From NCBI RefSeq assembly GCF_006345805.1, contig NC_042997.1:160642001-160706000 (forward strand): a stretch of DNA of 64,000 bases. Direction: 5' to 3'. The stretch comes from Octopus sinensis (taxonomy: Eukaryota). The position numbers and the translations under genes are program-made. This document shows positions 39,560-52,467 of the stretch, in pieces. The stretch's first letter is position 1. Every line of letters starts with the position of its first letter. The notes beneath the pieces were generated by a model, which saw only the letters and a program-made list of their open reading frames with translations, was not told the DNA's origin and searched no databases.

Positions 39560-40090
39560 TGTTTCCATGATTGCAAACATAAACAATAATATCCCAAACT
39601 GTGTTCCACACGTTCCTGTCCACGTAATTCGTCCGGAATCATTGAGGTTTCCCTTCAAGTTATATGTTATTATTGTTATTCATCCTGTTGCTATTATTAT
39701 TCTGGTCATTGTTATTGTTCTGTTAGTTAAGGCTACGATCAACCCTGTTCGAGTTTAAATACATTTCCGCTAGATGAATGCATGCACGTACGTATGTATG
39801 CATGTAAGTATGTGTGTAATTATATATACGTATGTGTGTTATGTATGTGCCTATGTATTTAAGTATGCATGTGGCTACAACATCATGTCTCATCGGTAGA
39901 TTATAACGTGACGACATTTTCGGACAACTACTTATGATGTCGGTGGTATCTTCGATGTTAACGCCATTAAGTCTGCAACGGTTTTCACATTTTGCTGCAT
40001 TTCCTGCATCTGTGTCCCTTTTCTGCATCAGATATTTGGTTGATAATTCCTGTTCCTGGATTGCAAACACATACACTTCAAAGTGGAAGT
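39560..40090 (-). mobile_element. REL-type LINE 3' fragment interrupted by a microsatellite
   Basis: FAIQEQELSTKYL...CENRCRL...IISSCPKMSSRYNLPMRHDVVA. Confidence 0.75.
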
Positions 40091-40329
40091 TAGTATTCTG
40101 ATTTTATCCGTTTCTTTATCTATCCGAACTTTGCTATTGATCTTCTATATTGAATGAAGCGCTTTCACTTAATTTGAAATTTATAGTTATGAAAGCCAAA
40201 AAAACAATATAGGAAAAAAATAAAATAGGAATTCTTACATGCTGGAATGGGCAGTCACAACCCAAACCACGAAAAGAATTCTTATGGTAAGTTGCTTGTG
40301 GGTACTAGAATGAATAAAAATGGTGATCT

Positions 40330-40936
40330 CATATCAAAATAAGCGCACCTGGTCTTGCTGGAGGCCCGTCCCACTCAAAATTCTATGAAAAAGAGTTGTT
40401 TAAGGATGCTGAACAAAACACCTGTATATCTAGTGGTGAATTAATAAAATCTCAAGCTATTTCTCTGAATACCTGGCTATGATGTTCCCCCAACTCTTCT
40501 GCTCGAGATCAGAGATACACATATTGTCAGCCACCAAGGGACATGCTCAACTGGTTAAGGTTAAGCAACTGGCAAGCAAATCTGTGGTATTGAGTAGAAT
40601 ATTTGTTGTAACACATTTTCTGTTCTACTAAAGACACAAGACCTGAAATTTGGAGAAAGGATAGTCGAGTTTATCGACACCAGTACGTAACTGGTATGCA
40701 TTTCATCGACCGTGAAAGGATGAAAGGAAAAGTCAAGCACGGCAGAATTTGAACTAAGAACGTAGTGACGGGTAAAATACCACTAGTCATTTCGTCCAGC
40801 GTGCTAACGATTCTCCCAGCTCGCAGCCTTGCTGTAGCACATATTGTAGCCCGACAAAAAACAAATGCATGATAACACTTCGAATCAGATAAGATCTGAG
40901 GCCTTGAGAGATAGTGTCTGGTATAGCATCAGGGCA
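40330..40936 (-). mobile_element. Family X retroposon with nested SINE family 2 (40625-40830)
   Basis: Reverse-complement homology to 20820-21378, split by the SINE. Confidence 0.8.
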
Positions 40937-40979
40937 ATTATTATTATTATTTTATTATTATTATTATTATTATTATTAA

Positions 40980-41013
<34 letters not shown>

Positions 41014-41030
41014 TTATTATTATTATTATT

Positions 41031-44000
41031 CAGTAGTTTTATTTTTATAGCGTGCTTTCACTTCACTACCGAGCGCAGCTCTGTCTGCCTTGGGTATGTG
41101 CTGTGATTTGTTGTGATGCTCTGATGGTTATTGTATGGAAAGTGTTTTGCGTAGGATGTGTGCAGTGCCTAGTAGTGCAATTTTCTGTATGTTATATGTG
41201 TTTGTAAGTCCTGGTGTTTTTGTTATGTATTTGTCTGAATATTTTTTATCATGCCTAATGCACCTACTATGATAGGAATTGTTTCTGTTTTCAGATTCCA
41301 CATTCTAGTTACCTCTATTTCCAGGTCTTTGTATTTTGAGAGTTTCTCCATTTCTTTTAGAGACACGTTGTCATCTGCCGGTATTGATACATCAATTAGA
41401 AAGCATTTTTTTTCTTCATGATCTCTGACAACTATATCTGGTCTGTTGGCCTTAATTTCTCTATCTGTGTGCATCGGCATATCCCAGAGTATGGTTGCTT
41501 TCTCGTTTTCTGTGACCTTTTCTGGTGTGTGCCTATACCATCATTTTTCTGTTGTTATTCCATAATATTGGCATAGCTTCCAATGTATGTAGGTTCCAAC
41601 TCTGTCGTGTCTGTGAATATATTCCTTCTTAGCCAGGATTGGGCAGCTAGAGATAATATGATTTATTGTTTCTTGTCCATCTCCACATATTCTGCAGTTA
41701 CTTGTAATATTTCTTTTCCTTACATGTTTTTGGTAATTTCTGGTGGGGAGGCTTTGGTCTTGTGCTGCAATTAAAAATCCTTCTGTTTCTGCTTTGAGTC
41801 CTGAGCTTCTCAACCATTGCTGGGATTTTTCTTTGTCTATTTCTTTTGCGTTTAGTTTAGTGCAGTATTTACCATGAAGGGGCTTTTCTTGCCATCGTTT
41901 TATCATGGTTCGTTGCTGTTCTATTTTTAGTTTGGATTTCATTTGTTTTATAGCTTTTGTTGTTTCTTCATCTTCTTCTTCTTCGTCTTCTTCTTCTTCT
42001 TCTTCTTCTTCATGTTTATTAGGTGGTATGATTTCTTGTTTGTATTTGTCGGCTTCCTTAAATACTGAGAACAGTTTTTTGTTTTGCTCGTGTTTTGCCG
42101 CTATGTGTATCAGTTTTCCTTCCTTCTGAAGTAGATATTTTTGCAGTCCTATGGTGGTTATTTTATAGTAGTTTTCCAGCTGTATAAGGCCTCTACACCT
42201 TCTATACGTTGTATATATAGTCTTTCTATGTCAGATTGTGGGTGATGCATCCTAGATCCTGTCATTATTTTTCTTGTTTTCCTATCTATTTTGGTCAGTT
42301 CATTTCGTGTCCAGTCAAGGATATTGTAGCTGTAACTTATAACTGGAACAGCTAAAGTGTTAATACCTATTATCTTGTTTTTAGCATTGAGCTCTGTTTT
42401 TAGTATTGATCTGACTCGTCTATAATATTCTTTTTTTATTTTCTCTTTCATTTGTGTGTGTTGTGTCTTATCTGGTTCATGGATTCCTAAGTATTTGTAA
42501 GTTTGGCTTTGGTCTAATTCTTTTATTTCATTGGTTTTATCTAGTGTGATGTTGCTACTCTTAACTAGTTTTCCTCTTTTCATGGTTACTTTGGCGCATT
42601 TTTCTAATCCAAATTTCATATCTATTTCTTTGGTAAATCCATGAACTGTCTTTAATAGTGTTTCCAGCTGTTTGTCATTTGCAGCGTATAGTTTTAGGTC
42701 ATCCATATATAAAAGGTGGCTGATCATTTTGCCGTAACATTTATATCCGCATCCAGTTCTATTTAGTATATCAGATAGAGGTGACAGTGCCAAGCAGAAA
42801 AGGAGTGGAGAGAGCGTGTCTCCCTGGAATATTCCTCTTCTAATGGGGATGGCTTTGGTTTTCATGAGTCCCTCTTTTGTTTGGAGGTGTAGGACTGTTT
42901 GCCATTTATTCATAGAGTGCCCTATGAATTTTATGATTGTTGGTGCTACTTTGTTAATGGCTAGTGTTTCGAGGATCCATGTTTGGGGGATGCTATCAAA
43001 CGCATTTTTGTAGTCAATCCAGGTTATACTGAGGCCTTTCTTCTTTCTGTGGCTGTCTTCAGTTATGGCTTTATTAATCATTAGTTGATCTTTACAGCCA
43101 TATGAGCCTTTGCGGCATCCTTTCTGCTCTTCTGGGAACAGTTTGTTTTCATCCAGGTGCTTGTTCAACCTTTGAGATATCACTGCAGTAAATGCCTTGA
43201 ACATAGTAGGGAGGCAGTTTATTGGTCTGTAGTTTTCTGGTTTTGCTGTTTCATTTGATTTGGGAATTAAGATGGTTTTCCCCTTCGTGAGCCATTCAGG
43301 CATTGTCTCTGGCTCTGCTAGTATGTTGTTAAAGTTTTCAGCCAGCTTTTTGTGCATTCCTGTTAGATATTTCAACCAGAAGTTGGGGATCTTGTCATGC
43401 CCAGGTGCCTTCCAGTTGCTTAGTCTTTGCGGTGCCTGGGTGACCTCTTCAGTTGTTATGGGGGTCCAAAGTTGTTCAGATGCCGAGTTTGTTATTTTGA
43501 TACTCCTTTTTTTTGGTTGTTCATTCGCCGACCATATTTCTCTCCAGAATTCTTCCAATTCTTCTGCCGTTGGTGCTGCAGTGACTTCTATTTTATTTTT
43601 GCCAAGTTCTTGGTAGAACTTTTTGGGGTTGGATTTGAACTGATTGTTTTGTTCAAAGAAGCGCTGGCGTTTCTCGTACCGGCGGATCCTTTGTGCTTTG
43701 GCAAGGATATCTTGCTTCAGCTTTGCTTTTATCTCAGGCAAATCTTTCTCTGTGATGTTATATTTGCGGGGTATCTTTGTTTTCTTTTTGTTGCTCAGTA
43801 GCGTTGATTGTTTGCTGATTTCATTAAGAATCGACAGATCTTTTCTAATTTTTTTTCATTTTGTTTTGGATATTATTTATCCACAGTGTTTGTTTGGGTG
43901 GTGGTACTCCTGTTTGGACGGGTTTGATTGAATATCCAGCTTCTTTTGTGGCTTCAGTGGCTGCTGCGACTACTAAGTCATTTAGCTCAGTGATATCGCT

Positions 44001-44565
44001 TTTTGTTTCAGTGGCTATTAGTTCCGTGACGGCTAGGTTTATGTTGTTTATAATTGGTGTTGTTGTTTCGTCTATTTTGGTTTTTGAAGGTATGGTCGGT
44101 GGTCCATCTTGAGATCTGTGTTTTCCAGTTCTTTGATTATTCTACTTTTTATAGTATCGTAATCATTAGGCTCCCCTTCGTTGTTTCCAGATTTTACATT
44201 TGTGTCACTTTTTTCACGTTCGTATGTTTGTTTGTCGTGTTTTGGCTTGATGTTTGTCGTGTATTATTATGCATACTTACGGTCTGGGTTTCTTGTTTTT
44301 TGTTTACATCGTGTTTGTTGGGAATGTTACGTTTGTCTTTGTGTTTTACTGTTTCAGTGTTTATATTGTTAGGCATTGTTGTGTGGTTTCTATCTCAATT
44401 CACCTGATGTATTTTTTTAGATGTTCTATTTCTATTTCTGATATTTTTTTTGCGTTCAGAATGTAACTTCGTACATTACCTAGTTTATTAGGGTTCATTG
44501 CTGTATCCAAGTCTATATATATATTATTTTCCTTCCATAGTTTATATGTATGTGTTGTTGTGTTT

Positions 44566-44568
<3 letters not shown>
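41031..44568 (-). mobile_element. Near-full-length R4/Dong LINE (copy 3), intronic and antisense
   Basis: 527-aa RT ORF 42158-43741 plus knuckle/REL ORFs; few lesions; (ATT)n on both sides. Confidence 0.95.
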
Positions 44569-44639
<71 letters not shown>

Positions 44640-44642
<3 letters not shown>

Positions 44643-45709
44643 TAGTTTTATTTTTATAGCGTGCTTTCACTTTACTACCGAGCGCAGCTCTGTGTGCCTT
44701 GGGTATGTGCTGTGATTTGTTGTGATGCTCTGATGGTTATTGGATGGAAAGTGTTCTGCGTAGGATGTGTGCAGTGCCTAGTAGTGCAATTTTCTGTATG
44801 TTATATGTGTTTGTAAGTCCTGGTGTTTTTGTTATGTATTTGTCTGAATATTTTTTTATCATGCCTAATGCACCTACTATGATAGGAATTGTTTCTGTTT
44901 TCAGATTCCACATTCTAGTTACCTCTATTTCCAGGTCTTTGTATTTTGAGAGTTTCTCCATTTCTTTTAGAGCCACGTTGTCATCTGCCGGTATTGATAC
45001 ATCAATTAGAAAGCATTTTTTTTCTTCATGATCTCTGACAACTATATCTGGTCTGTTGGCCTTAATTTCTCTATCTGTGTGTATCGGCATATCCCAGAGT
45101 ATGGTTGCTTTCTCGTTTTCTGTGACCTTTTCTGGTGTGTGCCTATACCATCTTTTTTCTGTTGTTATTCCATAATGTTGGCATAGCTTCCAATGTATGT
45201 ATGTTCCAACTCTGTCATGTCTGTGAATATATTCCTTCTTAGCCAGGACTGGGCAGCTAGAGATAATATGATTTATTGTTTCTTGTCCATCGCCACATAT
45301 TCTGCAGTTACTTGTAATATTTCTTTTCATTACATGTTTTTGGTAATTTCTGGTGGGGAGGCTTTGGTCTTGTGCTGCAATTAAAAATCCCTCTGTTTCT
45401 GCTTTGAGTCCTGAGCTTCTCAACCATTGCTGGGATTTTTCTTTGTCTATTTCTTTTGCGTTTAGTTTAGTGCAGTATTTACCATGAAGGGGCTTTTCTT
45501 GCCATCGTTTTATCATGGCTCGTTGCTGTTCTGTTTTTAGTTTGGATTTCATTTGTTTTATAGCTTTTGTTGTTTCTTCATCATCTTCTTCTTCTTTGTG
45601 TTTATTAGGTGGTATGATTTCTTGTTTGTATTTGTCAGCTTCCTTAAATACTGAGAACAGTTTTTTGTTTTGCTCGTGTTTTGCTGCTATCTGGATCAGT
45701 TTTCCTTCC

Positions 45710-45712
<3 letters not shown>
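44640..45712 (-). mobile_element. 5'-truncated R4/Dong LINE (copy 4) with uninterrupted CCHC + REL frame
   Basis: ORF 44737-45855 contains CRICGDGQETINHIISSC, RHDR, RPDIVV...LIDVSIP and KYKDL. Confidence 0.95.
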
Positions 45713-45804
<92 letters not shown>

Positions 45805-45849
45805 GTAATTATTATTATTAGCATTATTACTGTTATCATTATTATATAC

Positions 45850-46990
45850 ACGCACAAGAGATTAGCCTGTTGTAAAAGAAAAAAAATCCTAACATCGAGC
45901 TACAAGTGACCTTAGATGTCTAGAACACTCCTAAGTATCCTAGCTGTCCCTAATAACACTGTTTTCTGAAGCTTTACTAAACTGGCTTTATGCCTATTTC
46001 CTCTATCCATCTGTTCAGATCTACAGGGATAGTTCCCAATACACATATAACTAATGGAATACGTTTTACCTGCACTTTCCGTAGTTTCTGTAATTCTATG
46101 GATAGGACCTTGTAATTTACTATTTTTCTATATCTCCTATATTGAATTTTTCCTCAATTGGGACCGTGAAATCAATTATCTGGCACATTATATTCTCTTT
46201 ATCTACCACTACTAAATCAAGCCTTCTAGTTTCTATTACTCCGTCAGTCTGAATGTTAAATTCCCACAACATCTTGTATTCCTTATTTTCTGGTACTTTA
46301 CTTGATTCATATTCATACTATTTATTAGTATGTTCAAATCTTAGCTTTCAACATAACTCCTAGTTGACTACTTTCCCTAGTTGTCATGTCTTTTCTTGTA
46401 TTATTTCTATGCCAGCATCCTACTTTCATTTACTATATCAGTAATGCTTTCCTCGTTTGATTTGCATAATCTAGACTGGGAATCTACTTGGATTTTTCTA
46501 TCTTGGCTTTTATCCAATTAGTTCTTAGTACATGATTTTGTGCAGCTACTAACAAACCTTATGTCTCCCTTTTCAGCTTTTATTTCTGCAATCATAATCA
46601 TGTCTTACTACTTCTATTTGCTGCAACTATCTTTGAGAATCTATAATCCAACGCCTTCTCGTGTCAGTCAGATACTCTCTGTTTATTTTTTCTTGTTTTT
46701 GAATTCGATTGGGGTTTTGGTTACCTTGTGCCTTGCTGTGATTCTAACACTTTTAATAAACTTTCTTCACTGTTATCTACAGAGGAGTCTATATCTGCTC
46801 TAGCTATCTCCACGCAGTCTTCTACTGATATTAACTCTCTTCTGCCTTTCTTTCTAGATAAGTATAATCTTACTACTCCTGCTCTTAGGTGGAATTCTCT
46901 ATTCATATTGAATTCCTTCCTAGTTCTTCTGTTTAGCTGTGGTCATTCTGCATCTTTACTGATCCACTGCCGAATGAGAGGCCTTCACTT
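45850..46990 (-). mobile_element. Older R4-clade 3' fragment
   Basis: RTRKEFNMNREFHLRAGVVRLYLSRKKGRRELISVEDCV; ends LQKTVLLGTARILRSVLDI*; tail at 45712-45850. Confidence 0.85.
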
Positions 46991-47791
46991 ACAGGTTCAG
47001 ATTCATGTTCGCTGTTGCAACTAAAAGATTTCGTAAACTCCTGTCTCACATGAACTGAGGTAAAGTAACGTTCATCACCATCGTCAATCAGCTATAGTTG
47101 GAAATCATTTAAAAAACCAAAACTGCACTATGTCACTCGAAGTTGTCAAGATTGTGTTCATAAATGTGTTAAGTAAAACACAAGGTCTGAGTAACTGAAA
47201 AGAATTGAAGGCGATGAAGAAGGCAATTTTTAGAATAAAATTAGAGTTGTTTGAGGTAAGAACAACAGTCTGAATGTTCTTAAGTTAGAAAGGTTACATC
47301 TTTAAATTTTAATGATACAGTTACCTGTTTCCATACACGTTCATTAAGAGATGTGAAGTATTAAAATACATGAGTTTAGCACCAGCTCATGAGTATACAT
47401 TTATAACTTTCGAGGATAGAATATCAACTGGACACATTCTTTTGTGGAAATTTGATGAATAAGAGATTGTAACACCTAATAAATAGGTGCATGGGTGTTG
47501 GACAAATTGCTCTTGAAAAGAAAATTCTGGAAAACAATTCATTGAGAATACAGAAACGAAACTGGGAGGGAAATGACTACCAATTCCACTTGCTCATCAG
47601 TTCAACTTGCTCATCAATTCAATTTGACTATCAATTCAACTACAGTTATAAATCAATCTCAGTTGAGGTGTATTGGGTAAGAGAAGATACCTCTAAGTCA
47701 TATTACAGTTAATGGGGGTCAGAAATAAGTGTTCAGTCATTACTTTTCCAAAAGGTTTAACACATGATATATTTTCCTTGTCTTTCTAAAG

Positions 47792-47964
47792 CTGAATGTC
47801 CTACATCAGCCGGCTACACTTACCACCCAAATTTAGATTGTGTTTTCGAGTAAGTACAAGTTATAAATCATGGAATGACGCTGCAGACGATTGCAATATG
47901 GATCGAGGACAACTTATCCACGCGGAAAATAAAGAAATAATGGAGTATATACAGAAGGAATTGG
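47792..47964 (+). CDS. Lectin gene exon 2: N-terminal half of C-type lectin domain, with 1-nt deletion
   Basis: CTTTCTAAAG acceptor and G|GTGAGT donor. Reads ECPTSAGYTYHPNLD / LCFRVSTSYKSWNDAADDCNMDRGQLIHAENKEIMEYIQKEL. Length is 173 nt where phase 1-to-1 needs 174; as written it hits TAA at 47851-47853. Confidence 0.85.
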
Positions 47965-48301
47965 GTGAGTAACATTTTATTATTTTATACACACTCTCCC
48001 ACACACATAGCAAGCTCTCATTCTCTCTCTCCTTATGTATCTATCTCACGCACACACGGACACACACACACATTCAAACGAAAATGTACTCAAGATATAT
48101 CTAATATCAAACTATAAATGTTTAATGACATTCTTAATTTAAATTTTCGCAAATATAATTCCGACTTTGGTCTAAACTTTTTTTTATTTGTACTCTCTAC
48201 TCTGATTGTTTCGTTTACGATGAGAAAATACATAGGTTTTGATAAAATACTGAATTTAATCATTTAATTTCACACATATATTGTTAAGGAATTATAGTAT
48301 A

Positions 48302-48740
48302 CTAGCAGTATAGCTCGGCTTTGCTCGGGATTAAGTTAGTATTATTAAGCTAATCAAGCTCTTTATTTCAAACCAAACTAACATCGACGTCAAATTTGAG
48401 CGAAATCCGTTGAAATTGGTAAACTTTTGGCTGAAAATGAGTTACAGACAATTTAATTGGGAAATCCCCTAAGGAATCGGTTTATCGATTTTTTCCACTC
48501 ATCGATTTTTTTTTCGTTTTTGGAGAACTTAAAGCATCCAAAGATCCCATGAATCCTAAGTAATGCTGGCATCAAGTTTGAAGAAAATACATCAAAATTG
48601 GTAACAGTTATAGTTGAAAATGGGTTGTAGCCAATTTTATTGGGAAATCCTCTAAGGAATCGGTTTATCGAATTTTTAAAATCCTGATTAAATGGAAAAC
48701 CTCATATGGAATCAATTTTTTTATTTTTCACCTCAAATAG
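48302..48740 (-). mobile_element. Helitron-type 3' end (hairpin + CTAG) with internal tandem duplication
   Basis: + strand A|CTAGCAGTATAGCTCGGCTTTGCTCGGG; two copies of GGGAAATCC..TAAGGAATCGGTTTATCGA. Confidence 0.6.
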
Positions 48741-48959
48741 GACTATATTTATACTTTAAATGTGGTTTTCACACCCAACCCAGTTCTGCAGAATCAGTGT
48801 CGCGACGGGAGCGCATGGGTTGGGAGTTTGATCGGCAGAGGTGAACAGCGAGTATTCAAACGCCGACATCATGATTTCTGTTAAAAGAGTGATTTGTGAG
48901 AAATGTACAGGCTGTAAGATGTGATACGTACATCCTGCAAATAAAGTTACCCCAAAATT

Positions 48960-49320
48960 GTTGGAATGATTCGTCTGGCTGCAGAATTCGTCTCCTTGCT
49001 CTATCTCCTAAATATTCAAAGTGGTTGTCGTAAAATATTTACGATTCCGCCAGCCCCAATTTCTGGTATCCTAATTTCCCCAATTTTAATTCAATGGGTT
49101 ACTATGTGTGTGGTGCAGTTGAGAAAGTCATCAAATGCGCTGCCTGCAACGCTAAGGCCGAGGTGTTCGAAGAGTTACCTTTGTACACATTGAGAAATGC
49201 ATGTACCAAGTTTCGGACCTGTCTTGAGGCCGTGTTGGAAACTGAGGCCGTGTTGGAAACTGAGGCCGCTACCTTGAGTAAAGCATTATTTGCTAACTAT
49301 AATCTAGTTAATATCTAAAA
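48960..49320 (+). mobile_element. Tc1/mariner (maT-like) transposase C-terminal fragment
   Basis: FVWLQNSSPC (cf. QQDSAPCH), FWYPNFPNFNSMGYYVCGAVE (cf. WPPNSPD.NP.DY.VW), LRNACTKFRTCLEAVLE. Confidence 0.8.
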
Positions 49321-50314
49321 ACAAAAAATTATATTTTTTATTTAATTTTGGATGGAATATTGTGTTTTCTTGATATTTTATGCAAACTGTCTAATTTAAC
49401 CCGAACACAGCTCAAAGAATTGGAGGAGCAATATTTCAATTACGTCGACTCTAATAGAATACTTGTTATTTCATCGATACTAGAGAGAAGGAAAACCAAA
49501 GTCCAATCTGAGTTCAAATAACACCCTGTCGGCAAAATCTGAACTCCGGATATAAAAAGTTGTGGCTTATAGCTATAAGGCTTTGTTCTTCATCCGTCTT
49601 TTTCTACTTTAATTTTGCAAATTACCATATTTTCTGTACATTAGTTATGATAAATTTATCAAAATTTTGTTTTTGTATAACTGCACTTCAATGACTGAAT
49701 CCAATATACGTGAATGTTGGGTTTCTTAGTTTTATTTTAGAGTGTTACGTTTATATCTGTATGAGAAGCGTGGAAATGTGTTTCTGAAAGCCTAAACTAC
49801 ATTGTGGGCATAATTCTAAACAACCGAGCCTATTAAAAACACTTTTTTTCAATCCAAGTTACATTAAATTTGGTTAAATCCGACAGTCCAATATATTCTC
49901 ATATGTTAGGTACGTCTATAGGAACGTATGTTTGTATGTAAAAATATAGTTTTAAAACACAAATGGGGAATTCATTACATTCTGATGCGTTTAAAAATGT
50001 TAAGTCATTTCTCTCCTACCTGCAAAACACGGGACACACCACCGGATTATATGCAGATTTTGAGCTGCATCAGAGTGGGTGAAAATAACTGCACTGAGTG
50101 ATCATTTGACTGGTCCTAACTACATAATATAGTCCAGAATGCATTGTGCAAGAACAAATTAATCGGAATATCATGATTGATTATGGCTACGCTTGGGCTT
50201 AACAACAACAATAACAAGAATATCAATAAGATTCTATAATGGTAAAATATACATCGAATAATAAAATGTATTTGCATGCTTATTCTTGATCTGTGATTTA
50301 CGTTTGTTTTTCAG

Positions 50315-50553
50315 AAAAGTGGCCAAACGAAAACTTTTATTTTGGATTGTGTAAAGACATGAAGAAAGACGTCTTTCTATGGCAGAATGGAGAAGCACCT
50401 ACTTATGATTTCTGGATGGAGGATAGGCCTGACAATCATGGTGGCATTCAGCACTGTGGACTTTTAGACGAGAGAAGTAATCACAGATGGAATGATGAAG
50501 GTTGCAACGAGCAGGGCTGTGAGAGATATATATGCGAGATAGTCATGCAATAA
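50315..50553 (+). CDS. Lectin gene exon 3: C-terminal half of C-type lectin domain
   Basis: GTTTTTCAG acceptor, phase 1; FYFGL, FLWQNG, FWMEDRPDN, HC, WNDEGC, YICE; stop TAA overlaps AATAAA. Confidence 0.9.
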
Positions 50554-50599
50554 ATGTGTAACTGGAAGAACTGTAATTACACAAGCACAAACAAACAAA

Positions 50600-50642
<43 letters not shown>

Positions 50643-51016
50643 GCACACACACGCACACACACACACACACACACGCACGCTCACACATGCACAACCATGC
50701 ATACATACAGAATCACACTATTTATGTAAGTATATATATATTTGTGTACGTATACATATATACCTATATATATGTATAAGTATGCATATATTCATATACA
50801 TACATACATCCATACACACACACAAACACGCGCATGTTAATGGGCAATATATGGATTTATATAATCCGGTGGTAATCACACAAAAAACTGCTGTAGTGGA
50901 ACGAACTACAAACCACATAATAAACCAATGCCTATGAGGGTATTGTAGAATCCTATGCATTTAGAATTCAGTTAATCCAATCAGTGAAGATAATTTCAGG
51001 AGAAATATATAGAATA

Positions 51017-51560
51017 CTAGCAGAGATACCCGGCGTTGCCCGTGTTACATGCTATTGAAGAATTAGACTTTTCATATTTTTATATGATTCCAATTTCATC
51101 AAAATTGGAGATTAAAAATTTTAATTAGAGTTCTTTCCTTCTTTACGCACACTAACAAACATTATAATTATGACTATTTATCCGATACTACTCATCTTTA
51201 TGCCCAAATCCCAAAATCCAAACCTTGTAAAAGCTATTCAAAGGTTTTTGGTCCTGAAAAAAAAAGAGTACATGGAGCTCTAAAATGTGGGAGTTAAGGC
51301 CCCTATTAGGGGGTCATCAAGTCAAGTAGAGAAGTTGACTTGTTGGGAATCTTTTTTAACTTGTGTCTTATATCTATTGTTTAAATTTCTTTGAACTCGG
51401 AAATATATGAATGTTCACTGGGTTTGTAAAAGAGAGCAAAGATACAGGAAACCAAGAGACGAATGATCACAATAATCAGTCAGCTAGAAAATAGAAGGGC
51501 GTGACCCAACTGAAATAAACATTAACAACTGTGTGACGTATGGGCTAAGGGGAAATTAAA
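51017..51560 (-). mobile_element. Helitron-type 3' end
   Basis: + strand A|CTAGCAGAGATACCCGGCGTTGCCCGTG, i.e. hairpin then CTAG on the minus strand; far boundary uncertain. Confidence 0.6.
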
Positions 51561-52066
51561 ATGTCACCTCTGGGGTTTGCCAATAATCGCTATACCGATA
51601 GCTAGCTGAACAGAATAAATTTGAAATCTATAAATCTATTTGAATGGCCAGTCACTTATCTGGAAAGGCCTTGAAATCAATGTTATCATCTGGGGACGAT
51701 CTCAAAGGAGGTCTGCAACCAAATCACTTTACGCAAAATAACACTTTGCAACTGAACCAGTGTAGGCTAACATGCCTCTCCTTAGTTGACTATTTATGAA
51801 CCACTTTTCAGAAATTACAATCTAAGTTTGTCTCAAAGCAAACTCTTACACTGTTGTACCATTGAATAACAAATAACGCTCATCTTGTATGGTCGGGTGA
51901 CTCTACAGCTTCCATGACTACTACTGTATTCGTCTTGGCCTGGGAAAACTGACTAAATTGTGGGGGTTAGTCCCCTAGTAAGGGGTTTTACTAACTGCTA
52001 TGAAGTTAAAATTTTAGGAATATTACTTCATTTATGTCTAATATCTATGGTAAAAATTACATGTAT

Positions 52067-52117
<51 letters not shown>

Positions 52118-52255
52118 ATATATTATATTATATATATATATATATATGCACATATACATACATGTATGTGTGTGTGCATATAAATATCATTTTATCACTA
52201 TGATAGATAGCTAGCCAATACACATTATTTTCTCTCCTTGTTTCTTTCTGTGTTG

Positions 52256-52291
52256 CTTTCTGTCGCAGAGCATAGGCTCGAAACGTTAAAG
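52256..52291 (+). ncRNA. Hammerhead-like motif with altered core, PLE repeat family B
   Basis: CTTT-CTGTCGC-A-GAGC-ATAG-GCTC-GAA-ACGT-T-AAAG: stems I-III are present but the core deviates from CUGANGA. Confidence 0.4.
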
Positions 52292-52389
52292 ACCTTTTCA
52301 CTTCTCCAGCGTTAAACTAATACATATGTCTGTTGACTACAACACTTGTTTTCGCCTTTTGTTTTTTGCGAATTCTCTCCCTATATATG

Positions 52390-52467
<78 letters not shown>

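Noticed and set aside
51965-52010. Hairpin GTTAGT-CCCCT/AGGGG-ACTAAC
   Set aside because: No ribozyme core or terminator context; likely a repeat remnant.
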